Notes: a model not told the origin generated them from the sequence alone. Positions 1 through 7,507 are shown, counted from the first letter of the stretch. The stretch: DNA of 64,000 nucleotides from Neobacillus sp. (GCA_040797665.1 JBFNER010000020.1:9124-73123); one strand, 5' to 3'. A program made the numbers and translations.

Positions 1-330
1 TACGTTGTTGATTCAGGAAACCAAAGAGTCCAAGTATTTAATAAAGATGGAGAGTTCGTAAGCATTATTAATGGCTCAAAAGGCGGAGGCGGTTCAGCTT
101 TTGTAAATCCGAGGGGAATTGGTATTGACCAACGAGGGATTATCTATGTTGTAAGCAATCTAACCCATATTATTTATGGATTTAACCAAGAGGGTAATCA
201 AGTATTTCAATTTGGATCAATGGGAGAGGCTAATGGCCAGTTCTATTTACCAAACGGATTGTTTATTGATGAAAAAGACAACGTCTATATTACAGATACA
301 CTAAACCAAAGGGTTTCTGTATTTAAGTAG
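1..330 (+). CDS. NHL-repeat beta-propeller protein, C-terminal fragment (5' end lies outside the window)
   Basis: Frame 1 is open from base 1 to TAG 328-330. The translation YVVDSGNQRVQVFNKDGEF...GQFYLPNGLFIDEKDNVYITDTLNQRVSVFK shows repeated NHL-type units (VxDxxNxRVxVF ... GxFxxPxGi). Confidence 0.75.
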   Translation, partial: YVVDSGNQRVQVFNKDGEFVSIINGSKGGGGSAFVNPRGIGIDQRGIIYVVSNLTHIIYGFNQEGNQVFQFGSMGEANGQFYLPNGLFIDEKDNVYITDTLNQRVSVFK

Positions 331-467
331 AGATACAACAAATTTATATATTAAAGGGGGTGGTTGATAGAAAGATAAATTGATTGCATAGATTTCCCAT
401 TATATGAAATACCTAGACAATTAAAAAAGAGAGAAAAAAGAGAGAGATTTATTGGGAGGTTTTAAGA

Positions 468-2144
468 GTGAAAAAATTTAGTTTTAGTCTAATATTTGCA
501 ATGTTGCTCCTTAGCATGTTTGCTGTAGTAGCCTCGGCGGAATTTGATAACGAAGAAGCTAATCTGCCGATTACAGTTGAGAATGCAAATCCAAATGCTA
601 ATAAAACAACTGAAGGTATCAATACAAACGACGGCTCAACATTTGGTAGTGTTATCAAGTCCGAAGATATGAGAGATAATCACGGTGTGCAAGGTGACCA
701 AAAAACTCACGGATCTTACCAAAATAACACTAACGCTTGTGCAAGCTGTCACCAAACACATACATCAAAAGCTAGACAGTTATTATTTGCTGATAGCACC
801 TATAATACTTGTACAGCATGTCATGACGGTACATTAGGTTTTTACAATGTATTTGAAAATGGAGAAGATTATTTTAACTCCGGATCTACTGCTGGAACAT
901 TTGGCGGTACACATTCTGGGAACATGAGTGTTCACTTATCTACAGGAGCAGTTCAAGTTAAAGCTGCACCAGGTGGAAATAAAACGTCTACTGACACAGC
1001 TTCATGGGGCGGTTCTTTTACTTGTGCTAGCTGCCATGCTCCACACGGATCTTACAGCAGCCGTTTATTACATTACAACCCGGCCAACATGGGGAACACA
1101 GCACCTGAACTAGGTGGAAATAAAGCAGTTAAAATTGATGTTGTTAATTATGCTGATCGTAACACAGGTGTGTCTGCAACTTCTGATAAATTCAGAGCGG
1201 TTAGAGCCACAAAGGCTGAACATGCTTTAACTGATGCTAAATATGATAGTATCCCGGTAGATGCAGTTATCATTATGGTTTATGAGAAAAACTCTGGTAA
1301 TACTGCTTATGCAAAAACAACAAATCCATGGTTATATGGTTATAGTTCAACATCAAATGGCCGAAACTATCAATCACGACTATTTACAGTAACCAAAGAT
1401 CAAATTAGTACAGTATTAAATGCTGATGGCACAATTAAAGGTTATGTTGCAGCAAACGATTATACAAATGCAGTCATTGACCAAAACGATTATAAGAATG
1501 GTGCAGGTATATTAGCATTTAAATATGACAAAGGTCTAGTTTATGCAAAAACAGATGAAGGAAAAGCATTACTAAATAGTGCACTTTCAGCTGATATCGG
1601 ACGTGCTTATGCTGTAACATTAAAACTTGATGCTGTACCTGGTGCAGTTTCTGATGTTGTAACCAAGCATGATGTTTCTGCATTATGGGCTTCTGGTGGA
1701 AACGGTCCTCAAGTATCTCAATGGTGTTCTACTTGTCATACTGACTACCTATTCTCTTCAAGTTGGAATGGTGCTACAAGTAAGCATGGCAACTATAATA
1801 GTGAAAAGTATTATGGACATACAACAAGTAGTGCAACATATACTTGCTTACGCTGTCACTTTGCACACGGTACTGATGTTGAAATCATGGTAGATGGAGA
1901 TGGAGCTACTATTCATGATTTACAAAAACCAACAACTGAAACATTAGGTAAAGGCTGGACAGAAGAGGTAGCAAAAGATTATATGCTTGACAGGAACCCT
2001 TCTTCAGCACTTAAGAAGTTCACTAACATGTCTGGATGTTGGGCTTGTCATAACAGCTCTAAGGCTGCATCATTGAAGAATACAAACCGTGATGAACTTC
2101 ACCCAGATGGTATGATCCCTGATCCATCTACCAAAAAGTATTAA
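468..2144 (+). CDS. Secreted hexahaem c-type cytochrome (6 CxxCH), OmcS-like motif order
   Basis: GTG start 8 nt after GGGAGG. Signal peptide MKKFSFSLIFAMLLLSMFAVVASA. Motifs are CASCH, CTACH, CASCH, CSTCH, CLRCH and CWACH. All 12 cysteines lie in CxxCH motifs. Doubled-CXXCH pattern CxxCHxxH...CxxCHDG is present. Confidence 0.85.
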   Translation: MKKFSFSLIFAMLLLSMFAVVASAEFDNEEANLPITVENANPNANKTTEGINTNDGSTFGSVIKSEDMRDNHGVQGDQKTHGSYQNNTNACASCHQTHTSKARQLLFADSTYNTCTACHDGTLGFYNVFENGEDYFNSGSTAGTFGGTHSGNMSVHLSTGAVQVKAAPGGNKTSTDTASWGGSFTCASCHAPHGSYSSRLLHYNPANMGNTAPELGGNKAVKIDVVNYADRNTGVSATSDKFRAVRATKAEHALTDAKYDSIPVDAVIIMVYEKNSGNTAYAKTTNPWLYGYSSTSNGRNYQSRLFTVTKDQISTVLNADGTIKGYVAANDYTNAVIDQNDYKNGAGILAFKYDKGLVYAKTDEGKALLNSALSADIGRAYAVTLKLDAVPGAVSDVVTKHDVSALWASGGNGPQVSQWCSTCHTDYLFSSSWNGATSKHGNYNSEKYYGHTTSSATYTCLRCHFAHGTDVEIMVDGDGATIHDLQKPTTETLGKGWTEEVAKDYMLDRNPSSALKKFTNMSGCWACHNSSKAASLKNTNRDELHPDGMIPDPSTKKY

Positions 2145-2197
2145 AAAAGCTAAAGATTAGCGGCAACTAATCTTAGCTAAAAGGGAAATGAGAATTT

Positions 2198-2234
2198 AGT
2201 ATAAGGTGTTATGCTCAGCATAGCACCTTATACT
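2198..2234 (+). terminator. Long hairpin downstream of the hexahaem gene (possible intrinsic terminator)
   Basis: agtataaggtg (2198-2208) pairs perfectly with caccttatact (2224-2234). The trailing T-tract is weak. Confidence 0.4.
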
Positions 2235-2334
2235 CATTTCTAGATAATCCTAATGCTAATGAAAAGTGAGATTAATCGTCAAATAATATGATTACATTTT
2301 TACATTGATAATATTATATATCCACTATATTCAC

Positions 2335-2350
2335 TGTAAAATACGTCACA
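2335..2350 (+). promoter_or_regulatory. Crp/Fnr-type box candidate TGTAA-N6-TCACA (alternatively a TAAAAT -10 element)
   Basis: TGTAAAATACGTCACA matches TGTGA-N6-TCACA with one mismatch. The 10-mer TGTAAAATAC recurs at 2471-2480, so the assignment is ambiguous. Confidence 0.25.
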
Positions 2351-2412
2351 TTTAACTAAGCCAAATCATTATATATTTGACATTTATATATGAATATTTG
2401 TTGAATTATCAG

Positions 2413-2441
2413 GTTAACTACTAGTACCCCCAATAGTTAAC
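2413..2441 (+). promoter_or_regulatory. Leader hairpin about 68 nt upstream of the nonahaem cytochrome start
   Basis: GTTAACTA (2413-2420) and TAGTTAAC (2434-2441) form a perfect 8-bp stem with a 13-nt loop. Confidence 0.3.
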
Positions 2442-2508
2442 ATTTAAAATATTATTATAAGACTGTCATGTGTAAAATACAGATTTTAAGAGAGAAGAGG
2501 GGTACTAA

Positions 2509-4824
2509 ATGAGACGAGGAGGACTCCTGCATAAAACGAAGGTACATATTCTTATTGTTTTTGTTTTATGTTTTCAATGGTTAGGATCCTACCATTTATT
2601 AAATATAACATCAGCTAATGATGAAGTCCCTGTTACTACAGAACCCAATTTAACGATTGATTCGCCGATAACAAATAGTGTCCTAGAGCAGACTACGATC
2701 AAAATTTCTGGGACTGCTCAAAACTTTTTAAGCGATGTATCCGTTATGATCATAAGCGGGTCAAAACAATTCGGTCCAGTGGGAGTAAAAGATGGAACTT
2801 GGAGCATTGAGGTGGACTTACAAACAGTTGGTACTCATAGTTTCTATGCTGTAGCTTCAGACTCTGATGGGACGCCTTTTAATTCGAATGTTATTCAAGT
2901 AACCATTGTAACTCCGACAGACACAACACCTCCAGAGGTCACTTTTGTTTTACCAGTGGAAGGCGCAATTACCAAGTATCCTTCTATTGAAGTTACAACC
3001 GAACCGTTTTCGAGGGTTGAATTTTGTATCAATTGTACAGAGCTTAACGGGTTAGTAACAGGAGATTGGAAATCAATTCCTGCAAACAGTGATGGGAAAT
3101 GGATATTGACAGACACAGGCTTACTAGATGGTAAACACACCATTTATGCAAGAGCAATTGATGCTGCTGGCAATGTTGGTCCTTATCAAAAGCGTACTTT
3201 TACTTTAGATAAAACCCGTCCTATCGTATCACCAAATGTATACCCGAAACAGGACATGACGCAGGTGCCGGTTGGTGTAGATACAAAAATAAAGGTTACG
3301 GTAATAGATTCAACATCCATTAAACTATCAGAAATCAACAAAAGCATTATAGTATCTAGTTCAAATGGTTCTCCTGTTTCTGGGAAAATTGAATATGATA
3401 ATAACACCAAACTACTTACTTTTACTCCAGAAAAAGAATGGGCTTATAGCACAAAGTACCATGTTATGGTTAGTCCGCTTGGGTTGATAGATGAGGCAGG
3501 CAATAATGCCTTTCCTCGGTTATGGTCTTTCACAACAGAAACTCGTCCAGGAGTAGTGGTTGACAACAAAAAACAGTATTCCTTGACCTATAACGGAGAA
3601 AATTTTCATCGTGAAAGTCCACATGCCATCTATGCTTCTAATGTGAACACTTGTGCAAATTGTCACAGTACTCACGTGGCGGGCAGCCCAAATTTATTGA
3701 ATCAGAGCAATGGGGCTGAACCCCAACCTAATAATAATCTATATGTAGATGATTATTGTATGGCCTGTCATGATGGAACCGTAGCACCAAAACATGAGAA
3801 TAGTGATAGTGCCAATAAGCATGATGCAGCAATCAGCAGCATTTCAGGAAAACCTAATGGCAGCTCCTGCTCTAGCTGCCATGATCCCCATGCGGATTGG
3901 TCAGAAGAAAATCCAAATTTAGCACAGGGGCATATTGTCTATACCCATACGGTTGAAAATCCTATTAATCCAGAAAAGCCGCGTGGACAGATTAGCTCAA
4001 AAGAATATATGTGTGAATCCTGTCACGAATCAGATAGTGCTAAGAAGATAAGGGAAGCTGTTGGATACATTGTTTATACACACAAAGTAGATAATCCTAT
4101 TGATCCAGAAAAGCCAACTGGAAAAATTAGCAGCAAGGACCAGACGTGTGAGTCATGCCATGAATCAGATCTTGATAAAAAGATAGAGGAAGCACTTTTT
4201 CAGGCAGGCACGGATGGTTATCGTCTCTTCCAATATAAAAAATCAACAACAGCTATTGGAATATATGAAGATTATGACCTTTGCCTTCGATGCCACAATC
4301 AAAGTTTTAAAACAAAATATGAGGCAACTCCAGATATAGGACAGTACTACAATTACTTGTCAAAAAAATATATTTATGACAATTTTGATAATGTAACGAC
4401 GTTTTCCAATCGTGATCTAACAACGGAAAAAACTAATTCTGGACATATCATAAAGGCACAGGATGGCAGCCTTTTAGCGGGACAGATTCCATGTGCAGAG
4501 TGTCATGATACCCATGGATCAAATAATATTAAACAGCTAAAAACTTTGATTGGACATGAAAACCCTAAGCCGTTTGAAGCACTTACCGGTGATTGGGATG
4601 CTGCTAAAGAAAGAGTGTTTTGTATAACATGTCATAACGGCGAGACAGGTATATATGGTATAACTGGTACAGCACTTTTTGATAAAACAACGGGAATAAC
4701 AATTGACCCAGCTAAAACGGGTCATAATAGAGACAATAAAGAAGCATGTTCGAAATGCCACAGCAATAACGGTTCATTTATTGAAGCGGCACATTCTCCA
4801 AAGAGGATAAAAGTACTGCCGTAA
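2509..4824 (+). CDS. Nonahaem c-type cytochrome with N-terminal signal/anchor and Ig-like stalk domains
   Basis: ATG follows AGAGGGG. A hydrophobic N-terminus is followed by about 330 aa of Ig-like (Big/SbsA-like) sequence. Nine CxxCH motifs follow (CANCH, CMACH, CSSCH, CESCH x2, CLRCH, CAECH, CITCH, CSKCH). Confidence 0.85.
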   Translation: MRRGGLLHKTKVHILIVFVLCFQWLGSYHLLNITSANDEVPVTTEPNLTIDSPITNSVLEQTTIKISGTAQNFLSDVSVMIISGSKQFGPVGVKDGTWSIEVDLQTVGTHSFYAVASDSDGTPFNSNVIQVTIVTPTDTTPPEVTFVLPVEGAITKYPSIEVTTEPFSRVEFCINCTELNGLVTGDWKSIPANSDGKWILTDTGLLDGKHTIYARAIDAAGNVGPYQKRTFTLDKTRPIVSPNVYPKQDMTQVPVGVDTKIKVTVIDSTSIKLSEINKSIIVSSSNGSPVSGKIEYDNNTKLLTFTPEKEWAYSTKYHVMVSPLGLIDEAGNNAFPRLWSFTTETRPGVVVDNKKQYSLTYNGENFHRESPHAIYASNVNTCANCHSTHVAGSPNLLNQSNGAEPQPNNNLYVDDYCMACHDGTVAPKHENSDSANKHDAAISSISGKPNGSSCSSCHDPHADWSEENPNLAQGHIVYTHTVENPINPEKPRGQISSKEYMCESCHESDSAKKIREAVGYIVYTHKVDNPIDPEKPTGKISSKDQTCESCHESDLDKKIEEALFQAGTDGYRLFQYKKSTTAIGIYEDYDLCLRCHNQSFKTKYEATPDIGQYYNYLSKKYIYDNFDNVTTFSNRDLTTEKTNSGHIIKAQDGSLLAGQIPCAECHDTHGSNNIKQLKTLIGHENPKPFEALTGDWDAAKERVFCITCHNGETGIYGITGTALFDKTTGITIDPAKTGHNRDNKEACSKCHSNNGSFIEAAHSPKRIKVLP
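3928..4197 (+). repeat. In-frame tandem duplication, 2 x 135 bp (45 aa), each copy carrying one CESCH haem site
   Basis: Unit 1 is GHIVYTHTVENPINPEKPRGQISSKEYMCESCHESDSAKKIREAV. Unit 2 is GYIVYTHKVDNPIDPEKPTGKISSKDQTCESCHESDLDKKIEEAL. Confidence 0.9.
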
Positions 4825-4827
4825 GGG

Positions 4828-4857
4828 AACGAGAGTGAAAACTCTCGTTTTTTTTTT
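4828..4857 (+). terminator. Rho-independent terminator of the nonahaem cytochrome gene
   Basis: aacgagagt-gaaa-actctcgtt followed by a T9 run. Confidence 0.85.
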
Positions 4858-4952
4858 GCTTTTCCTATTAACAAGAGTGTTAAATCAATAATGAGATTGA
4901 TGTCAAGAGAAATTCATTTTTATGGTTATTTTGTCTTAAGAGTTAACAGATT

Positions 4953-4993
4953 TGTAACAAATTACAGGTAATTATACCTGAGTAAAATGTTAC
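4953..4993. promoter_or_regulatory. Cluster of three short palindromes upstream of the octahaem cytochrome gene (candidate operator)
   Basis: TGTAA-CAAA-TTACA (4953-4966), CAGGTA-ATTA-TACCTG (4965-4980) and GTAA-AATG-TTAC (4982-4993). Confidence 0.3.
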
Positions 4994-5075
4994 ATTAAAA
5001 GAGATAAAAAGGGATAATTTGGTAATTTATAATATTGTTATAGTGATAAAGTATTTTAATAGTAGTGATTAAAAT

Positions 5076-5115
5076 AAGACCTAAATACTCAATTCAGAAG
5101 GTCTTTTTTATTATT
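5076..5115 (+). terminator. Terminator-like hairpin inside the leader of the octahaem cytochrome gene (possible attenuator)
   Basis: AAGACCT (5076-5082) pairs with AGGTCTT (5099-5105), followed by TTTTTATTATTT. It lies about 80 nt upstream of GTG 5196. Confidence 0.35.
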
Positions 5116-5195
5116 TACCAAAAAAAAGGGGGCTTGATGAATGAAAACATAAATATTTTTTTCTATAAAAAAAATTAGAGAAGGAGGCACAAAAA

Positions 5196-7142
5196 GTGTC
5201 CGAAAAATGGGGAAGTTATAGGTTAAGAACGAAACAAATCATTATTCTATTTTTAGTAATTTCTACTGCAATTGTACTCAGCACCTTCATGGTCTCGGCG
5301 TCAGATACTTATTACTCAAGTTACTACCCAGCTAAGAACTCCACTTTGGCCGTTTCAAACACAAAAGTTACAGTTAATATTAAAAGTGTTAATGAATTGA
5401 ATAGTTCCAGTGTTTTACTTAAGGTGAACGGCGAGCCAGTTCAAGCATCTTTCGTTCCTAAAAGCAATACAGGGGGCAAGGAAGGTACAATCAGTTATAA
5501 TGCAACCAATCTTAAGGATGGTGTTAACACTATTGAAGTAAGGATGAGTGACAAAGCAGATCCACCAAACCTGTTTAGTGATTCTTGGACATTTACCGTT
5601 GCAGAACCGCCAAAGATTTTAGATGTGACTCCTGCTAACAATAGTGAACAGGCTACCTTAAATCAAATTTCTGCTGTTGTAACGGATAATAGTGGAATCA
5701 ATTGGAATACAGCTCTACTTAAAATAAATAATGTGGTAAAGGGCCCGCTGGAGATTAACAAGGAAACCGGAACCATTACCTATACTAATTCCTTTCCGAC
5801 AGGAACCCATACTGCTCTTTTAGAAATAACTGATAGTTATGGAAAAAAGGCAACTAAGACTTGGAGATTCATTGTGGATTCTGCTCCACCTGAAATTAGT
5901 TATCTAAATTATTTCAAAGATGGCATGACCATTACAGATGGTCCACTCAAGATTAGTATGGGGCTAAGGGATTTAGTGGACATCAAGGAAAATGTAACTC
6001 TAAAATTAAACGGAGAAATACTGCCAATTAATTTTCAATATCAAGGATATTATTATTATGGGGAGTATATTGTCACATCTAAAAAAACAGCAACCTTAAC
6101 ATATGAGAAAATGCTACCAAACGGTGCTCAAACACTAGAATTATTTATGGAAGATATTTTTGGGAATCATACCACTCGCAAATTTAATTTCACTGTTGCA
6201 TTAAAGCCAAAGATTTCTGAAGTAACACCGCTGAAATATGGTGAAGAAAATTTAAGACCTACGATTTCAGCTGTGGTAACATCCCCAAATGGTTCGATTA
6301 ACCCTGATTCCATTGCTGTAAAGGTGGATAACGAAGAGGTTGATTTTAATTTTGACCAAAATAAGGGGCTAATAAGTTATACGCCATCAAAGGACTTAAA
6401 AAATGAAAGCTACCATACAGTTAATATTTCGGTAGCCGACCAAACAGGGCTCTCTTTAGTTAGAGAGTGGAAGTTCTATTCCAATACTTATACCGAAATG
6501 GATGATTCTAACCCTGAAGTTTGTACAACATGCCATGATGCTTCAAGCACAGGTGGTACTAATGGGGTTCTGGAGAATGTCCATAAAGCAAAATTAAGCT
6601 TTAGTGGAACGCATGTACAAAACAACTGTGAAAATTGTCATAAATATATAACCGCTGATGCTGGGTGCAGTCAATGTCATGATGACCCTGAAGGTGATGA
6701 TTACAAGTATGCTCCGCACGGGTCTACACCAACCATCCACTATCAGGCTACAAACTTTGATCCAAATTCGCCGATTCGGGTGGCGGTTAACCGATCCATG
6801 AACGATTGTATCCTTTGTCACCAGCCGGGATCTTTGATTAAGGGATATCAAGGCTATCAAACGACACCTACAAGAACACTTAGTAATCACGATATTCCTG
6901 AACTCCACAAAACCGAAGATACCTGTACGGAGTGTCACGCAAAGTCACTTACTCGTGAACACGCCAGGGAAGATAGAACAGATAAAAATAATAACCCGAT
7001 TACATGTAACACATGTCACCAAAGTACTGATACTATGGTAGTAACAGCTATCAATGAAAAGAATACATCTTGTAAGGCATGTCATGAGCCGCATAAAGAT
7101 GTACACAGCGATTGTAAAAAATGCCATGTTAATAGTTATTAA
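5196..7142 (+). CDS. Octahaem c-type cytochrome with N-terminal signal/anchor and multiple Ig-like domains
   Basis: GTG starts 8 nt after AAGGAGG. A hydrophobic N-terminus is followed by about 400 aa of repeated Ig-like modules. Eight CxxCH motifs sit in the last ~210 aa (CTTCH, CENCH, CSQCH, CILCH, CTECH, CNTCH, CKACH, CKKCH). Confidence 0.85.
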   Translation: MSEKWGSYRLRTKQIIILFLVISTAIVLSTFMVSASDTYYSSYYPAKNSTLAVSNTKVTVNIKSVNELNSSSVLLKVNGEPVQASFVPKSNTGGKEGTISYNATNLKDGVNTIEVRMSDKADPPNLFSDSWTFTVAEPPKILDVTPANNSEQATLNQISAVVTDNSGINWNTALLKINNVVKGPLEINKETGTITYTNSFPTGTHTALLEITDSYGKKATKTWRFIVDSAPPEISYLNYFKDGMTITDGPLKISMGLRDLVDIKENVTLKLNGEILPINFQYQGYYYYGEYIVTSKKTATLTYEKMLPNGAQTLELFMEDIFGNHTTRKFNFTVALKPKISEVTPLKYGEENLRPTISAVVTSPNGSINPDSIAVKVDNEEVDFNFDQNKGLISYTPSKDLKNESYHTVNISVADQTGLSLVREWKFYSNTYTEMDDSNPEVCTTCHDASSTGGTNGVLENVHKAKLSFSGTHVQNNCENCHKYITADAGCSQCHDDPEGDDYKYAPHGSTPTIHYQATNFDPNSPIRVAVNRSMNDCILCHQPGSLIKGYQGYQTTPTRTLSNHDIPELHKTEDTCTECHAKSLTREHAREDRTDKNNNPITCNTCHQSTDTMVVTAINEKNTSCKACHEPHKDVHSDCKKCHVNSY

Positions 7143-7176
7143 TGGATGTTTTGCATAATCTTCTAATAAGTAATCC

Positions 7177-7210
7177 AACGAGAGGGAATACTCCTCTCGT
7201 TTTTGTTTTG
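7177..7210 (+). terminator. Rho-independent terminator of the octahaem cytochrome gene
   Basis: aacgagagg-gaatact-cctctcgtt followed by TTTTGTTTT. Confidence 0.8.
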
Positions 7211-7390
7211 TGGATAACCATGATTTTACTTCAATGAAACTCCATTACATGTTGATAACTTCTGTAAATTTGTTGATATGTGGATATTATTTTTAGAATA
7301 TTTAAAAATTATGTTAATAACATCTATTAAGTAACCTATCATTTTATGGATTTATCTAAAACTATGTTGTTAAGTAGGAGGTTATCCACA
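7209..7390. promoter_or_regulatory. DnaA-box cluster
   Basis: Perfect TTATCCACA at 7209-7217 (minus strand) and 7382-7390 (plus strand). 8/9 matches at 7279-7287 (ATATCCACA, minus) and 7250-7258 (TTATCAACA, minus). Confidence 0.45.
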
Positions 7391-7409
7391 ATAAGAGAAA
7401 AAGTTAATT

Positions 7410-7439
7410 TTGAAATTCCCACGCAACTCAGGCTATAAT
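7410..7439 (+). promoter_or_regulatory. Candidate sigma-A promoter of prfB
   Basis: TTGAAA (7410-7415), an 18-nt spacer, then TATAAT (7434-7439). Confidence 0.5.
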
Positions 7440-7507
7440 GGATGAGGAACTAATGATCGAAATGCATAAACTACGGTAAAGACCGAATCATTATAGAGGT
7501 GACGAAA

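Noticed and set aside
3928-4197. Tandem repeats (also 44135-44200 and 44531-45004) as possible CRISPR or other non-coding repeat arrays.
   Set aside because: All are in-frame inside long ORFs and diverge mainly at synonymous or conservative positions. They have no unique spacers, so they are protein-module duplications.
4858-4975. A 26-codon ORF (ATG at about 4891, MRLMSREIHFYGYFVLRVNRFVTNYR) in the spacer before the octahaem gene.
   Set aside because: It has no RBS and no supporting features. It overlaps the palindrome cluster, which is more plausibly regulatory.
6594-7178. Antisense ORFs of 60-144 aa listed in the track (for example 6594-6938, 6945-7178, 9028-9387, 10658-10999, 28677-29003, 35405-35839 and 57705-58133, all on the minus strand).
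   Set aside because: Each lies entirely within a strongly supported gene on the opposite strand. They lack an RBS and have low-complexity or biased composition typical of shadow ORFs.
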